DNA of 64,000 nucleotides from Balanoglossus misakiensis (taxonomy: Eukaryota > Animalia > Hemichordata). Location: positions 11,049,477 through 11,113,476 of the forward strand of contig CM082593.2 of NCBI GenBank assembly GCA_040954595.2, in the 5' to 3' direction. The first letter of the stretch is position 1; the number at the start of each line of letters is the position of its first letter. Below, piece by piece: positions 36,020 through 47,053 of the stretch. Both the position numbers and the translations under genes were made by a program. The notes beneath the pieces were generated by a model that worked only from the letters and a program-made list of their open reading frames with translations, had not been told where the DNA came from and made no database searches.

Positions 36020-38200
36020 CCCCATGGACGGTATCATGTCATCACCAGTAGCTATAGGTTCTTTTAACACCTTGAGAGAAAAAAATGGATTGTTACTGAT
36101 AGATTACAAAGCACTGACAATACAAGAGGGGGAGGGGTAAGGTTTGTTGAGAGCAGTTGTTTTTTGCTAAACATTAGTGAAAATATGAAATTATTGACAT
36201 GTAGGATTTCAATTTTATGATGTAAGAGTATTTTATAATATCTCACCGGGACTTCAGTTGTCGCTGTAGTATTTAACCCAAGTTTAACTGTGCCACCCAC
36301 GTCCATGCATGGCAAGGTTTTCTCTCCCAAAAGTTTCAGTTTGGTATCCCAGTTACCATCAGTTGCACTTACTCCACGCCTTCTAAGTTGAATGCGATTT
36401 ACCATCACAGGATTCATACTGTGGTGCAAAGACAATTAAAAACATCGATTGTAAGTCATTTAGTAGTGATACCATTGTGACCAAACCTCGTTTTAAAATA
36501 CATGTAATCTGTACTCGAAACTATCATTTTTTTCTTTCTAGAATATTAGAACGCGCTCAAAAATAAAAATGCGACCTGTAAGCGAGTGCCGCGTTTCAAT
36601 TGGTACTGACGATAAACACCGCCACTCGGAGATAAAATCAACGTTTTTTTTAATGCAAGTGAACGCATGGAGGCGGCCATATTGAATTTAGGTTACATCC
36701 CAAGACATTCCGACTGGGCTTCAGGTGGATTCGGGAAAGGTCTCTAAAACATAATCGGTCATCCAATTTTGTATACTAAATTTCTAAAAATGTAGGACAT
36801 GGGAGGTTAACATACCCACAATGACTACACACAAAAAAGGGCCCAGGCGTTTCGGGGTGCGATTGTTACGTACCTTAGCTCCATCATCTGCAACCATGCA
36901 GCCAAGGCGTGGCAGTGAAATTGTGCCTCATTGAGGATACAGTCTAGATCCGGAATTCAGCCAACGGCAAACTGTTTAGCGTGCCTTGTATGCAGCAGGA
37001 TGGCAACGTTCTGGAACTTAAATTCTGGAAAGAAAATCCGAAATAGCTGAACAGATAACAGAAGAGAGAATACATACAGCTCCGCAACTTTTCCACTGGA
37101 AGATATAATACCATTTGCCTCTATGATAGAGCAAAGGTATGTTATAATCGCACCCCGAAACTTATGGGCCTTTTTTTTGACGTAGTCATTTTGGGTATCT
37201 TAACCTCCCATCTTCTACATTTTTAGAAATTTACTCTACAAAATTGAATGACCCATTACATTTTAGAGACCTTTCCCGAATTCAACCGAAGCCTAATCGG
37301 AAGGTCTTCGGATGTAATCCAATATGGCAGCCTCCATGCGATCACGTACATTGAAAATCCATTGATTTCATCGCCGATTACCGATGTTTATCGTCAATAC
37401 CGATTCAAACGCGGCACTCGTTTACAAGTCGCATTTATTTTTGATCGCGTTCCAATATTTTAAACAAACTAGATTACTGATAAAAATGCTCAAAATTTTT
37501 CCTCCAAATGCCATCTTTACGGATTCAGTCACACAACTTACAGACTACGCCAAACTTTTTTCCAGATCATACCTTGCGGGCGTAAAGCGATGGATATACC
37601 TGAAAAATTGGTAACAGAATTGTATCATCCGCCACAAATAATGATATCAGAAGTCGAGATATCTCCACAGAAGAAGAGGGTGTGCGTTGTAGGAAAAGTC
37701 CATGATGTGAGTACTGTCAAATGTTGCACAAATAGCCGTTAAACCTGAAATATAGATTGAAAGTGGATATTGTTTTACACAATTTTTGAACATTGAAGTA
37801 AAGTATTAGAATGATGGAGTCCGATAAAAAAAGTGAGTTGGTAATTTCGGCATCCGACTTCGTTATTAAAAATGGAAAGGTTTGCGATTCGGTTCAAGTA
37901 GTATTTGCAAGTTTGAAAGGAAATATTTCATTGAAGTACAGTGGCAACTACTGCATTATTGAGAATCTTTGAAATGTTGATGAACGGAGACTTATAATAG
38001 AATAAATGAAAACCTACCTTTAACGGTGTTAGGGTTACTACACCTGACAGACCGCTGGTCTGCGTCCGACCGATTCTGAGCTCCTAGCTCTTGTGGAGAC
38101 ATGCGGAGGTACAGCGGGTTAACGGTTAGGAAGTGTTGATGAAAGGAATGATTAATTACATAGGCCAATCAGGATCCTGGAGTTAGATATTCGAGTGAAA
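36020..38200 (-). pseudogene. OB-fold gene copy B (overall - strand) with an internally inverted block carrying exon 1 (36890-37136, +, in-frame stops) and exon 2 (37566-37706, +)
   Basis: 37737-38200 is the reverse complement of 39688-40135. 36240-37136 is the reverse complement of 21134-21998. Exon 2 reads ccag|IIPCGRKAMDIPEKLVTELYHPPQIMISEVEISPQKKRVCVVGKVHD|gtgagt. Confidence 0.8.
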
Positions 38201-40138
38201 TGGTGGAAAAACGGGAATGCCGATTGGTTCAATTTAACCGAAGGGAAATTGCTACATTATATGACGTCAGTTGCGAACGATAATGCATATATTAAGCTAA
38301 GGTTGAATCCGGTTTTTCCATCAAGCACAAGCATATTTCAGTCATAAAAAAAACGAAGAGAATAACACTAAAAAAATATTTCCTTTTTAAAAACTTCACT
38401 ATAGCATTATTATAATGATGTACGTCGTACATAAAATGATACACGTGACATCGACTTGTTCAGAGTTTTAAAACAGGTAGAGAGTGCCCATGGGTAACCC
38501 GAAAACACACAAACCGGGTAAAAAATGAAAGTCCTGCGAAGGCCAGGAGTATACACTGAAAAATTACAATAAATCTAGTACAAAGGTTTGTATCCTCACG
38601 AATAATTAACTCTGATTGCATAAGTTTATTTCCGTCTCATTACCTTCTGAAAGCAAATCACTCACTTGCCGGTAAAAGTTGAGTAAAATACTACATCTAA
38701 ACTGCATAGCGATGGCGGCCCATAAAAATAATTGCCCAGTGTCCCACTCGCAATGCACAACTTTTTAGGCCAAGTGCTAATGATATTCGAATTTTCGAAG
38801 GTTACGCAATATACACATACATGTATAAATATTAATTTATGAACAATTTCCAGTGTTCACGCTGGGATTTCTTTCGTTCTAGTTTACTCGTTATATAATG
38901 TACCAATTCCCTCCGGTAAGTTGAGCCGATTCCCATCACTTTGAGCCAATCGATATTCATGGTTTTTCAGCATTTCAGTCGACTATATTTACACCTGTTG
39001 CATGTCTTTGCAGTTTTTGACTTGACGCTTACAACCGAGTCGCACCGCACGCAGTACTATCTTGTTGTCTTCATGTTTAGTTGTTGTTTTGCGCACACTA
39101 TTTGCACAAAAATATCTGCTCGTTTTGTTATCAACGATCGAGTATATGTTAGGAAGTCCGACATAGAGAACTTTGTTCTAAATATTCAATGCCCCACAAA
39201 TGATATACTACACTGCTCGACACAACACACCCCAGCCATACTCCATTAGTACACGCCACAAACACCGTATTTATACAGCCTGAGGGATTTCAGCTTCGAA
39301 CTTATTGCCCAATCATATTCGACAATTTCCAACCAATCCCCTTCTGACTAATTGACCAATCACACGCTTCGAGCATAATTTCCAAAAAAGGGAAAACTAA
39401 CGAATTTGCTACATCTTTCCGGTTTCATCTTCAACAGTTTCTAACATTTTTTTGGACCCCCCCCCCCCTCGATAAACACCCATACTCAAAGGGTAACTTC
39501 ATTTAATTGTCAGTAAATAAAATCAATTCACAGTCTTATTACATGTACTATTTATAATATACTCAAATTTCCACTACAAAATATCTGTATATGTGCGTTA
39601 AATTCTGAAATCTTTCCACCCAAACCTCTAGTTATGCAAATTTAAATTGCTGTCTGTTGCGTTCGCCTACGGTTTCTCATTTTCGGACATTCGAATCTAA
39701 CTCCTGATTGGCCTATAAACTTATTTCTTTCATCAACACTTTCTAACCGTTAACCCGCTGTACCTCCGCATGTCTCCACAAGAGCTAGGAGCTCAGAATC
39801 GGATGAACGAGACAAGCGGTCTCTCACGTTTAGTAACCGTAACACCGTTAAAGGTAGGTTTTCATTGATTCTAATAAGTCTCCGTTCATCAACATTTCAA
39901 AAATTCTCCATAACCCAGTAGTTGCCACTGTGCTTCAATGAAATATTTCCTTTCAAACTTGCAAATGGTAACCGAATCTCAAATCGCAAATCTTTCCATT
40001 TTTAATAACGAAGTCGGATGCCGCAATCACCAACTCACTTTTTTATCGGACTCCATCATTCTAATACTTTACTTCAATTGTCAAAAATTTTGTAAAACAA
40101 TATCCACTCTCAATCTATATTTCAGGTTTAACGGCGTT

Positions 40139-41038
40139 ATGGCATCCCCGGCTCCCGGTCCGTCATCCCCAACCAGCCAAGGCGTGGCACTGAAATTGCG
40201 CCTCATGGAGGATGTCGAGATCCGGAATTCCGCCAACGGGAAACTGTTTAGCGTGCCTTGTATGCAGCAGGATGGCAACGTTCTGGAACTTAAATTCTGG
40301 AAAGAAAATCCGAAGTGGCTGAACAGATTACAGAAGGGAGAATACGTACAGCTCCGCAACTTTTCCACTGGAAGAGATAATACCATTTGCCTCTATGACT
40401 ATGATAGAGCAAAGGTACGTTATAATCGCACCCCGAAACTTATGGGCCTGACTTTTTTTTTGCCGTAGTCATTTTGGGTATCTTAACCTCCCATCTTCTA
40501 CATTTTTAGAAATTTACTCTACAAAATTGAATGACCCATTACATTTTAGAGACCTTTCCCGAATTCAACCGAAGCCCAATGGGAAGGTCTTCAGATGTAA
40601 TCCAATATGGCAGCCTCCATGCGATCACGTACATTGAAAATCCATTTATATGATACAACCATGCCTTGTCAACTCACCTCGGGTCAAAATTACTGCCATC
40701 GATTCATCATTTTGCAGTTCAAATTTTAAAAAGCAACTGACAAAAAACAACCACTCTTGCACTATTTCTCCACAACATTTACTACTCGTAATTATTAACA
40801 TTCAATGTTTTCCATTTTATTTCCACTACAGTATGAATCAGTGACACATACATCGAATTCTACAAAGAGACGTAAACTGACCATAACTGATGGCACAAGA
40901 GATGCTGAAGTCAACCTTTGGGGTGAGAAAACAGCGCTGCCACTGGATGTAGGTGCCACAGTTAAACTAGGCCCATTGGTTATCAACAGATATAAAACAT
41001 CGTCCACATTAAATACAACAGCGACAACTGAAGTGGAG
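40139..41038 (+). CDS. OB-fold (RPA70-like ssDNA-binding) gene copy C: exon 1 (40139-40414) and exon 3 (40832-41038) intact; exon 2 and exons 4-5 missing
   Basis: Exon 1 MASPAPG...LELKFWKENPKWLNRLQKGEYVQLRNF...RAK|gtacgt. Exon 3 cag|YESVTHTSNSTKRRKLTITDGTRDAEVNLWGEKTALPLDVGATVKLGPLVINRYKTSSTLNTTATTEVE|gtgaga. The KR.L.I.D.T......LWG pattern is typical of RPA1 OB folds. Confidence 0.75.
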
Positions 41039-41055
41039 GTGAGACATAAAATACT

Positions 41056-42479
41056 GTTCCTGATGCTCCGTGAGAACTGTCAAGTAGCCACGGTTCTAGG
41101 CGACATAGGATGGATGTCCACGGTACGGGAGGAGGCCATGCATGTATACGGGAAGGAAAAGAATGAAGCCAACCTGCCCGTACCATCCGACGCAGCCATA
41201 AAAACCTGCACACTACCTCGGGAGTTCAATCCAGGCCGCGTACGTGGGGGATTCGTTGGCCATATCTCCCCGCAAGAGCCCACAAGAACCACCACCGCAG
41301 CTGACGACCTGGAGGAAACTTTGAGCATCTTCCGGGATCCGCAGCTGGAAAAACAGGTACTCGGTGGCGACAAGGACCAGGCGATGGAGGTGTCGGAAGG
41401 GCCAGACCCACCCCGCACCCGTGTATCACCCCCAATAGCAGTAGCGAGAGACGGGGGAAACCAAGGGCTGCTGCAGGAGCCATCACCCCACGCCAAGAAA
41501 TGCTGCCGCTGCAGTCACTGATCAACCCATTGGAGCTGGAGGCGACATTGGAGGCGGGGGAATATCTAATCCCCTGGGAACTTCGACGCCACCCCGGCAG
41601 CCCTACTAGGTCCAGATCCCCAACCCGGTCGCCGCGACCGGAGCGTTCTCGAGAGGAAAGGCGGGACCGCCCACCTTCCCGTGAACGACCATCCTTTTCA
41701 CGCTGGGGAGATCTCAGCCCCAGACGTCGATCACCGATCCGGTATCCGACGCCGGAACCGCCCAAAGAAGACGAACGCCGCTGGAGGAGCGCCAGGCCGG
41801 CCCGAAGGAGCCCCCTATCCTCTGTTCCACATTACTCATCAGGCCCTTCTCCATGTCCGTTCCCGGGAGGCCGGAGGTCCACGCGCAAACTGAAGAAACA
41901 CGCCTTTCAGTGCCACCTTCCAGTTATTTTTACTGAGAAGCCGGTAGTATTCCGCGAGCGGGACGCGGTGGAGGCGTTAGAGAAACTCACCTATACTGGC
42001 TGTGTGGTCCAGGAAATGAAATACCCGACCTGCTAGACTTCTATATCCGCAGGGGCGGACCTGGACGGATCCCTACGGAATCCTTTTGTTCACCGGAGTC
42101 CATGGTGATGATGAAGCGCCTGTGCGTCTTCCAGGGGTGGGAGGTGCCGAACAGGTTCCGACTGAGCTCCCCCACCACACCAGCGATTCTCATCCACTGG
42201 CGTGTCCTTAGCATACTGCTGAGGTGGGTATCCCAATCACGACAGGAAGAATTCCGGGAAATCCGACCTCACCGGAAAACATCATCAATCCGGACACAGC
42301 AACCAGAGAGGACGGGGGCGGAAGCAGTCGCACAGAATCCATCGACGCAGGGGGAGCGAGGACGCGCCAGGGGTTTTTGATGCATTTTTTATCCCCCAAG
42401 CGTGCGCGGAGGAGTGCCGAGTGGAAGACGCGCCCACCACCATAGATGACCTCACTGACTACGATGTTGGTGTCCCCCC
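41056..42479 (+). other. GC-rich coding-like island (frameshifted ORFs with an RS/RP-rich region and HxxxxH motif); probable mobile-element cargo remnant
   Basis: Sharp compositional shift. Overlapping ORFs 40805-41521, 41500-42036 and 42102-42380 include RSRSPTRSPR, KKHAFQCHLP and PAILIHWRVL. Confidence 0.45.
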
Positions 42480-42902
42480 TGTTATGTTTCCATCAACATG
42501 GGAATAATAATGCGATCATAAGGTATAACAACAACCTATTTATTGATCGGCTGAAAAGACTCAACAATGTGCTTCGCCTTATCTGGGCGGAAGTGACATC
42601 GTACAGCAATTCATAAACAAGTGGAACACCAACAATGCAACACTAGAGGGCGCTATATTGATCGTAGCTGTCAGAATACTACATCCCCTCTTCTTTAAGA
42701 TAAATTGTTTCAAAACTCTTTTTGAATACGAATGTCACTGTGAATTGTCCTGTGCAAACTCTGCATTCATCTTGAATCAGTCTTTGTCAAAATCAAACGC
42801 AACGAACATGAAAAATACTCTGGGAAAAATGTGATAAATTTTCCTCTGTATAACTCAACTTTCTGTGGAACAAATGGCGTATCTCAATATCAGAAAAAGC
42901 TA

Positions 42903-44213
42903 TCAATCAGTCACATAATCTTTGTATCGAGACGGCTTTTGTATATTTGTTCTGGTTCGTGTTGATCTCAACGATTCTTGGGCTGGTGACGCTGGCATTG
43001 CGGGTTGTTGAGGCGGTGTTCCGTCTGTGACTGCTGGTGCAATATTGTGTTGATCCATCCCTGTCTGTGCTGGTTTCAGTTCTGCGCTGACTGGTTTCAT
43101 GTGGATCCTGTTGCGTCGCATTTGTTTCCCGTTGTCTAACTTCACGGTGTAGGACCTAGGTGTGTTTGCTGGGGCTACAACTCTCGCTGGACTCCATGTT
43201 TTGCTGATTGGGCTTTGTACATGGACTTGTTGACCTGTCAGCAATTCTGGTAGTTGTCTGGAGTGCTGGTCGTGGCTGGAAGTCTGGGCCTGCTGTTGAG
43301 ATGTCAGGTATTGACGAACTTCCTCCCCGTTTCTTGCTGGGTGAATTTTGGCTGGGAGAGTTGTCTTGTATGCTCTGCTGTTCAGCAACTCAGCTGGTGA
43401 TGGTATGTTGGACTTCAATGGAGTCGCGCGAAGTGCCAACAATGCTAGATTCGGATCATCTCCGGACTCTTTGCACTTCATCAGGATGTTCTTCACGGTC
43501 TGTACATGTCGCTCGATAAAACCGTGCCCTTTGGGATAGTATGGTGATGATGTGACTATCGCAAAACCATACTTCTCAGTTAGGCTGTGGAAGTCTCTAG
43601 CTGTAAACTGAGATCCGTTGTCACAAACTAGTTTCTCGGGTATTCCTTGCTCTGCAAATAGAATTCGGAGGGCTCTCATAATGGTACTGGCTCTGAGGTC
43701 TTCAAGTTTCCTAATGAAGGGGAACTTGGAGTAGTAGTCAGCAACTATCATGTACCATGTTTGGTTCACGTAGAATAGGTCTGCTCCAATTGTGTGCCAC
43801 GGTCGTGGTGGAATTTCCATTGGAATCATCGGTTCCTTCTGCTGGGAATTCTGGAATTTCTGGCACGCGTTGCATCCTGTTACTAGTCTCTCTATATCTT
43901 TACAAATTCCAGGCCAGTACATGCTGGATCTGGCTCTCAGCTTGCATTTCTCGATCCCCAGGTGACTGCTATGAATGCGTTGTAGCATTTCATCTCTCAT
44001 TACTGCTGGTATGAGGAGTCGGCTGCCTATCAGGATAATACCATCTTCGATAGCGATATCGTCTCGAATAGACCAGTAGGGTCGAATATCAGCGTGAATG
44101 TCCTTGATGCTATCTGGCCATCCTTTCAGGACTTGCTGGATCAATAATTGAAGAATTTCATCTTTGGTAGTTTCTTCTTTGATCTCCATCTGTCTCATTG
44201 GTGTGATCTTCAC
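42903..44213 (-). CDS. Gypsy integrase
   Basis: HSSH...C..C zinc finger; ADLF...DNGSQF...GFIERHV DDE core; C-terminal RSYTV...RRNR. Confidence 0.95.
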   Translation of the reverse strand: MKITPMRQMEIKEETTKDEILQLLIQQVLKGWPDSIKDIHADIRPYWSIRDDIAIEDGIILIGSRLLIPAVMRDEMLQRIHSSHLGIEKCKLRARSSMYWPGICKDIERLVTGCNACQKFQNSQQKEPMIPMEIPPRPWHTIGADLFYVNQTWYMIVADYYSKFPFIRKLEDLRASTIMRALRILFAEQGIPEKLVCDNGSQFTARDFHSLTEKYGFAIVTSSPYYPKGHGFIERHVQTVKNILMKCKESGDDPNLALLALRATPLKSNIPSPAELLNSRAYKTTLPAKIHPARNGEEVRQYLTSQQQAQTSSHDQHSRQLPELLTGQQVHVQSPISKTWSPARVVAPANTPRSYTVKLDNGKQMRRNRIHMKPVSAELKPAQTGMDQHNIAPAVTDGTPPQQPAMPASPAQESLRSTRTRTNIQKPSRYKDYVTD

Positions 44214-44225
44214 CAGGTGGTGTAT

Positions 44226-45322
44226 CTAGACTTTCATGTCACTGATTTCGTTCTGATCTTGTGGTGACAGTCTAGATAGTGCGTCGGCAAGTATCATCTG
44301 TTTGCCTGGCTTGTAGTGTATGGTGAAATCATACGGCTGTATGCGCAACAGCATTCTCTGTAATCGGGGTGGTGCCTTGGTCAAATTCTTCCTCTGAATT
44401 TGCTCCAACGGTCGATGATCACTCTCTACTATGAAACTTCTGCCGTAGAGATATGTGCGAAACTTCTCACATCCGTAGACTACCGCGAGTAGTTCTCTTT
44501 CTATATTGGCGTATCGGGTTTCCGCTGGTGTCAGGGCCTTGGACGCAAATGCTATAGGTCTCTGTTCCTGTATGAGCACCGCTCCGATTCCCTTTCCCGA
44601 TGCGTCGACTTGTAGAGTGACAGGCTTCTTACGGTCGTAGTAAGCAAGTGTAGTCTTTGTGCTGATCAGGTCCTTGATCATATTGAAAGACTTTGTGTGT
44701 GTCGGAGACCACTCAAACTCAGTGTCGTCTCTGATGAGCTCTCTCAGTGGTGCTGTGTGTTCAGCTAATCTGGGTATGAATGAACCCATGTAGTTCACCA
44801 TTCCGAGGAATGTGCGCAGTTCGGTCTTGTCTCTAGGCGGATGCATCATCTCTATCGCCTTGACCTTTTCTGGGTTGGGTTTAACTCCGTCTTCTGTGTA
44901 TAACATGCCAAAGAAACTAGATTCTTTTGTCTTGATGTAGCATTTCTCTTTGTTCAGTTTAATGCCTGCTTTCCTGGTTCGTTCCATGGCTTCGTGTAGA
45001 TGCAGGTCATGGTGTCGCTCTCCTGATCCGAAGACTTGTATATCGTCTGCAATGCCGACTGCACCTTCACACTCTCTGTATGTTTCATCAATTTTGAATT
45101 GAAACACATCTTGGCTCATCCTTAGCCCAAATGGCATTCGTAGGAATCTGTAACGGCCATATGGTGTGTTAAAGGTCGTCAGGAAGGATGTTCTTCATCG
45201 ATCTTTACATTCCAGTATCCGTTCCGCGCGTCTAGCTTGCTGAAAAGTGTTGCGCCTGCCAACTTTGGGGTAATCTCCTCCAATGTGGGTGTAGGGTAAT
45301 GATCCCTTTTAATGGCTTTGTT
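44226..45322 (-). pseudogene. Gypsy RT-RNase H (1-nt frameshift near 45190, stop at 44226)
   Basis: KLDARNGYW...MPFGL...IADDI...VDASGKGIGAVL...ERELLAV...SDHRPL...ADALSR. Confidence 0.92.
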
Positions 45323-47053
45323 CTAGTCCTTCGGGTCCAGACAAATGCGAAGTCTTCCATTGTCTTTCTCCCGGACAACAAGAGAATTGACCCAGTTCGT
45401 AGGCTGGTTCACTTTGGCGATGATTTGCTTATCTTCCATCTCCTGCAGCTCGGTTTTGAGTCTATCCATTAGTTCTAATGGAACTCTGCGGGCAGGGTGT
45501 ACTACTGGTTGTACTTCTGGATCAAGAGTGATGTGGTATGTGTAGTTTTCAAAACATCCGACCACGTCGTCAAAGCAATCAGGGTACATCCTCAGCAACT
45601 GTTCTTTGTTCTTTATGGGAGGGCGGTCCCTGATGGGTGTATTACTGTCTATGTAGTCATCTGCAGGGTTTCTGTTTCTTCCTGCTGGCTTCTGTTCGTT
45701 CATCTTTCTCTTTTCCACTTCCACATTTCTTCCAGGCTGTGCTGTCTTGCACTCTGGGCTCGCCTGCACTTGTATGGCTTCTACTGAACAGTTTATTTGT
45801 ATCAGGTTTAAGGCTCTGCTTGCCTTTAACCCTAAAATGGCTGGGCCTGCGGCGTCAGTTACATAGAAGAGGCATCTGATTTTCCTCTCTCTATGTTCAC
45901 ATGGAATGACGATGGTGCCAAGCTGTTTGATTTTGGAACCTCCATATGCGGTAAGGATTGTTTTATTTTCCTTCAAGTGCCCGCGTTTTGGATTTCCGTG
46001 TTTATCCAGTTTCTCTGGAAATATGATCTTGAAAAGGCAGAGGGGCAGTATATTGCTCTGTGCACCGGTATCAATCTTGCATCTCAGTGCTACTTTCCTT
46101 TTCTTTTCGCTCTGTGTGATTGTCAGTTTCGTGTATATTTCTTCTTGTCTGTTGATGTTGTCCAATGCATTTATTTCGATAGTTCCAACATCTAGGACTT
46201 CATCATCTATTTGATGCATGTTGCTGCTCGAGCGTGTCACATTATGGATTGGTTTTCCACCTCGTCTCTGCTGTGACTTCGGTTCGCTTGAGCTGGTTTT
46301 GGAACGGCATACCGCCTGCCAGTGATTAGGTTTCCCACAATTTCGGCATTTCGAGCCATATGCTGGGCAGTTACTTTTCACTGAGGTGTCATGCTTTTTT
46401 CCGCAATGCTTACATTGTTTGGGGTGTGTCTTGTTGGGCTGCCTTTTTACTGCGTTGACAGCTTTGCTATCCACAGGATTAGCAATATGGCAATTTGTGA
46501 GCGTTTTCATGTGTTTTGTTGTGGCTTCGTGACCTCTAGCTATATCGAGCGCCTCCTTCAAGGTCAGTTTCTCATCACGCCCAATAAGTTTCTTCTGTAT
46601 TTCTTGGTGACAGATCCCCCATATCAACTGATCTACGAGTCTTGCTTCCTGTTCATTTGTATCCCCAAATTTGCATTTGGCGGCTTCATTTTTCAATTTC
46701 GAAAAGAAATCATCAACTGGTTCTCCAGGGTCTTGTCTCATATCTTGGAATTGGTATCTATGTATGCGATGATTCGACTTCGGCTCTAAGTGTTCGGAAA
46801 ATTTGTCGAATAGTACTGTGGGGTCTTTCCGCTGGTCTTCATTTTCAAACGACCAACTGTTGTATTTGTCAAGACCTGGTTCACCGGACCATAGAAGTAT
46901 GTAGCTAGCTTTCTCTTCATCGTTAGCATCTTTAAGTGCTGTCTTAAATGTTAACTCACATTTTTGACGAAAACGACTGAAGGCTATTGCTAGATCTGGC
47001 GCGTCCCATTCCATCTTTGGGGCTGTGAAGGGCGTTTGTAGTGCGGCCGCCAT
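45323..47053 (-). CDS. Gypsy gag-protease-start of RT (premature stop at 45323)
   Basis: Two Zn knuckles (CKHCGKKH...C, CRNCGKPNHWQAVC); KIDTGAQ; RLRICLDPKD*. Confidence 0.93.
   Translation of the reverse strand: MAAALQTPFTAPKMEWDAPDLAIAFSRFRQKCELTFKTALKDANDEEKASYILLWSGEPGLDKYNSWSFENEDQRKDPTVLFDKFSEHLEPKSNHRIHRYQFQDMRQDPGEPVDDFFSKLKNEAAKCKFGDTNEQEARLVDQLIWGICHQEIQKKLIGRDEKLTLKEALDIARGHEATTKHMKTLTNCHIANPVDSKAVNAVKRQPNKTHPKQCKHCGKKHDTSVKSNCPAYGSKCRNCGKPNHWQAVCRSKTSSSEPKSQQRRGGKPIHNVTRSSSNMHQIDDEVLDVGTIEINALDNINRQEEIYTKLTITQSEKKRKVALRCKIDTGAQSNILPLCLFKIIFPEKLDKHGNPKRGHLKENKTILTAYGGSKIKQLGTIVIPCEHRERKIRCLFYVTDAAGPAILGLKASRALNLIQINCSVEAIQVQASPECKTAQPGRNVEVEKRKMNEQKPAGRNRNPADDYIDSNTPIRDRPPIKNKEQLLRMYPDCFDDVVGCFENYTYHITLDPEVQPVVHPARRVPLELMDRLKTELQEMEDKQIIAKVNQPTNWVNSLVVREKDNGRLRICLDPKD

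Noticed and set aside
20732-41055. Calling the OB-fold complex an autonomous Helitron or Polinton
   Set aside because: No Rep/helicase, polB or integrase of those classes is visible and no termini could be defined; kept only as a hypothesis.
43208-46908. Plus-strand ORFs inside the Gypsy element (likewise 29041-31889)
   Set aside because: Antisense shadows of gag-pol with no recognisable motifs.
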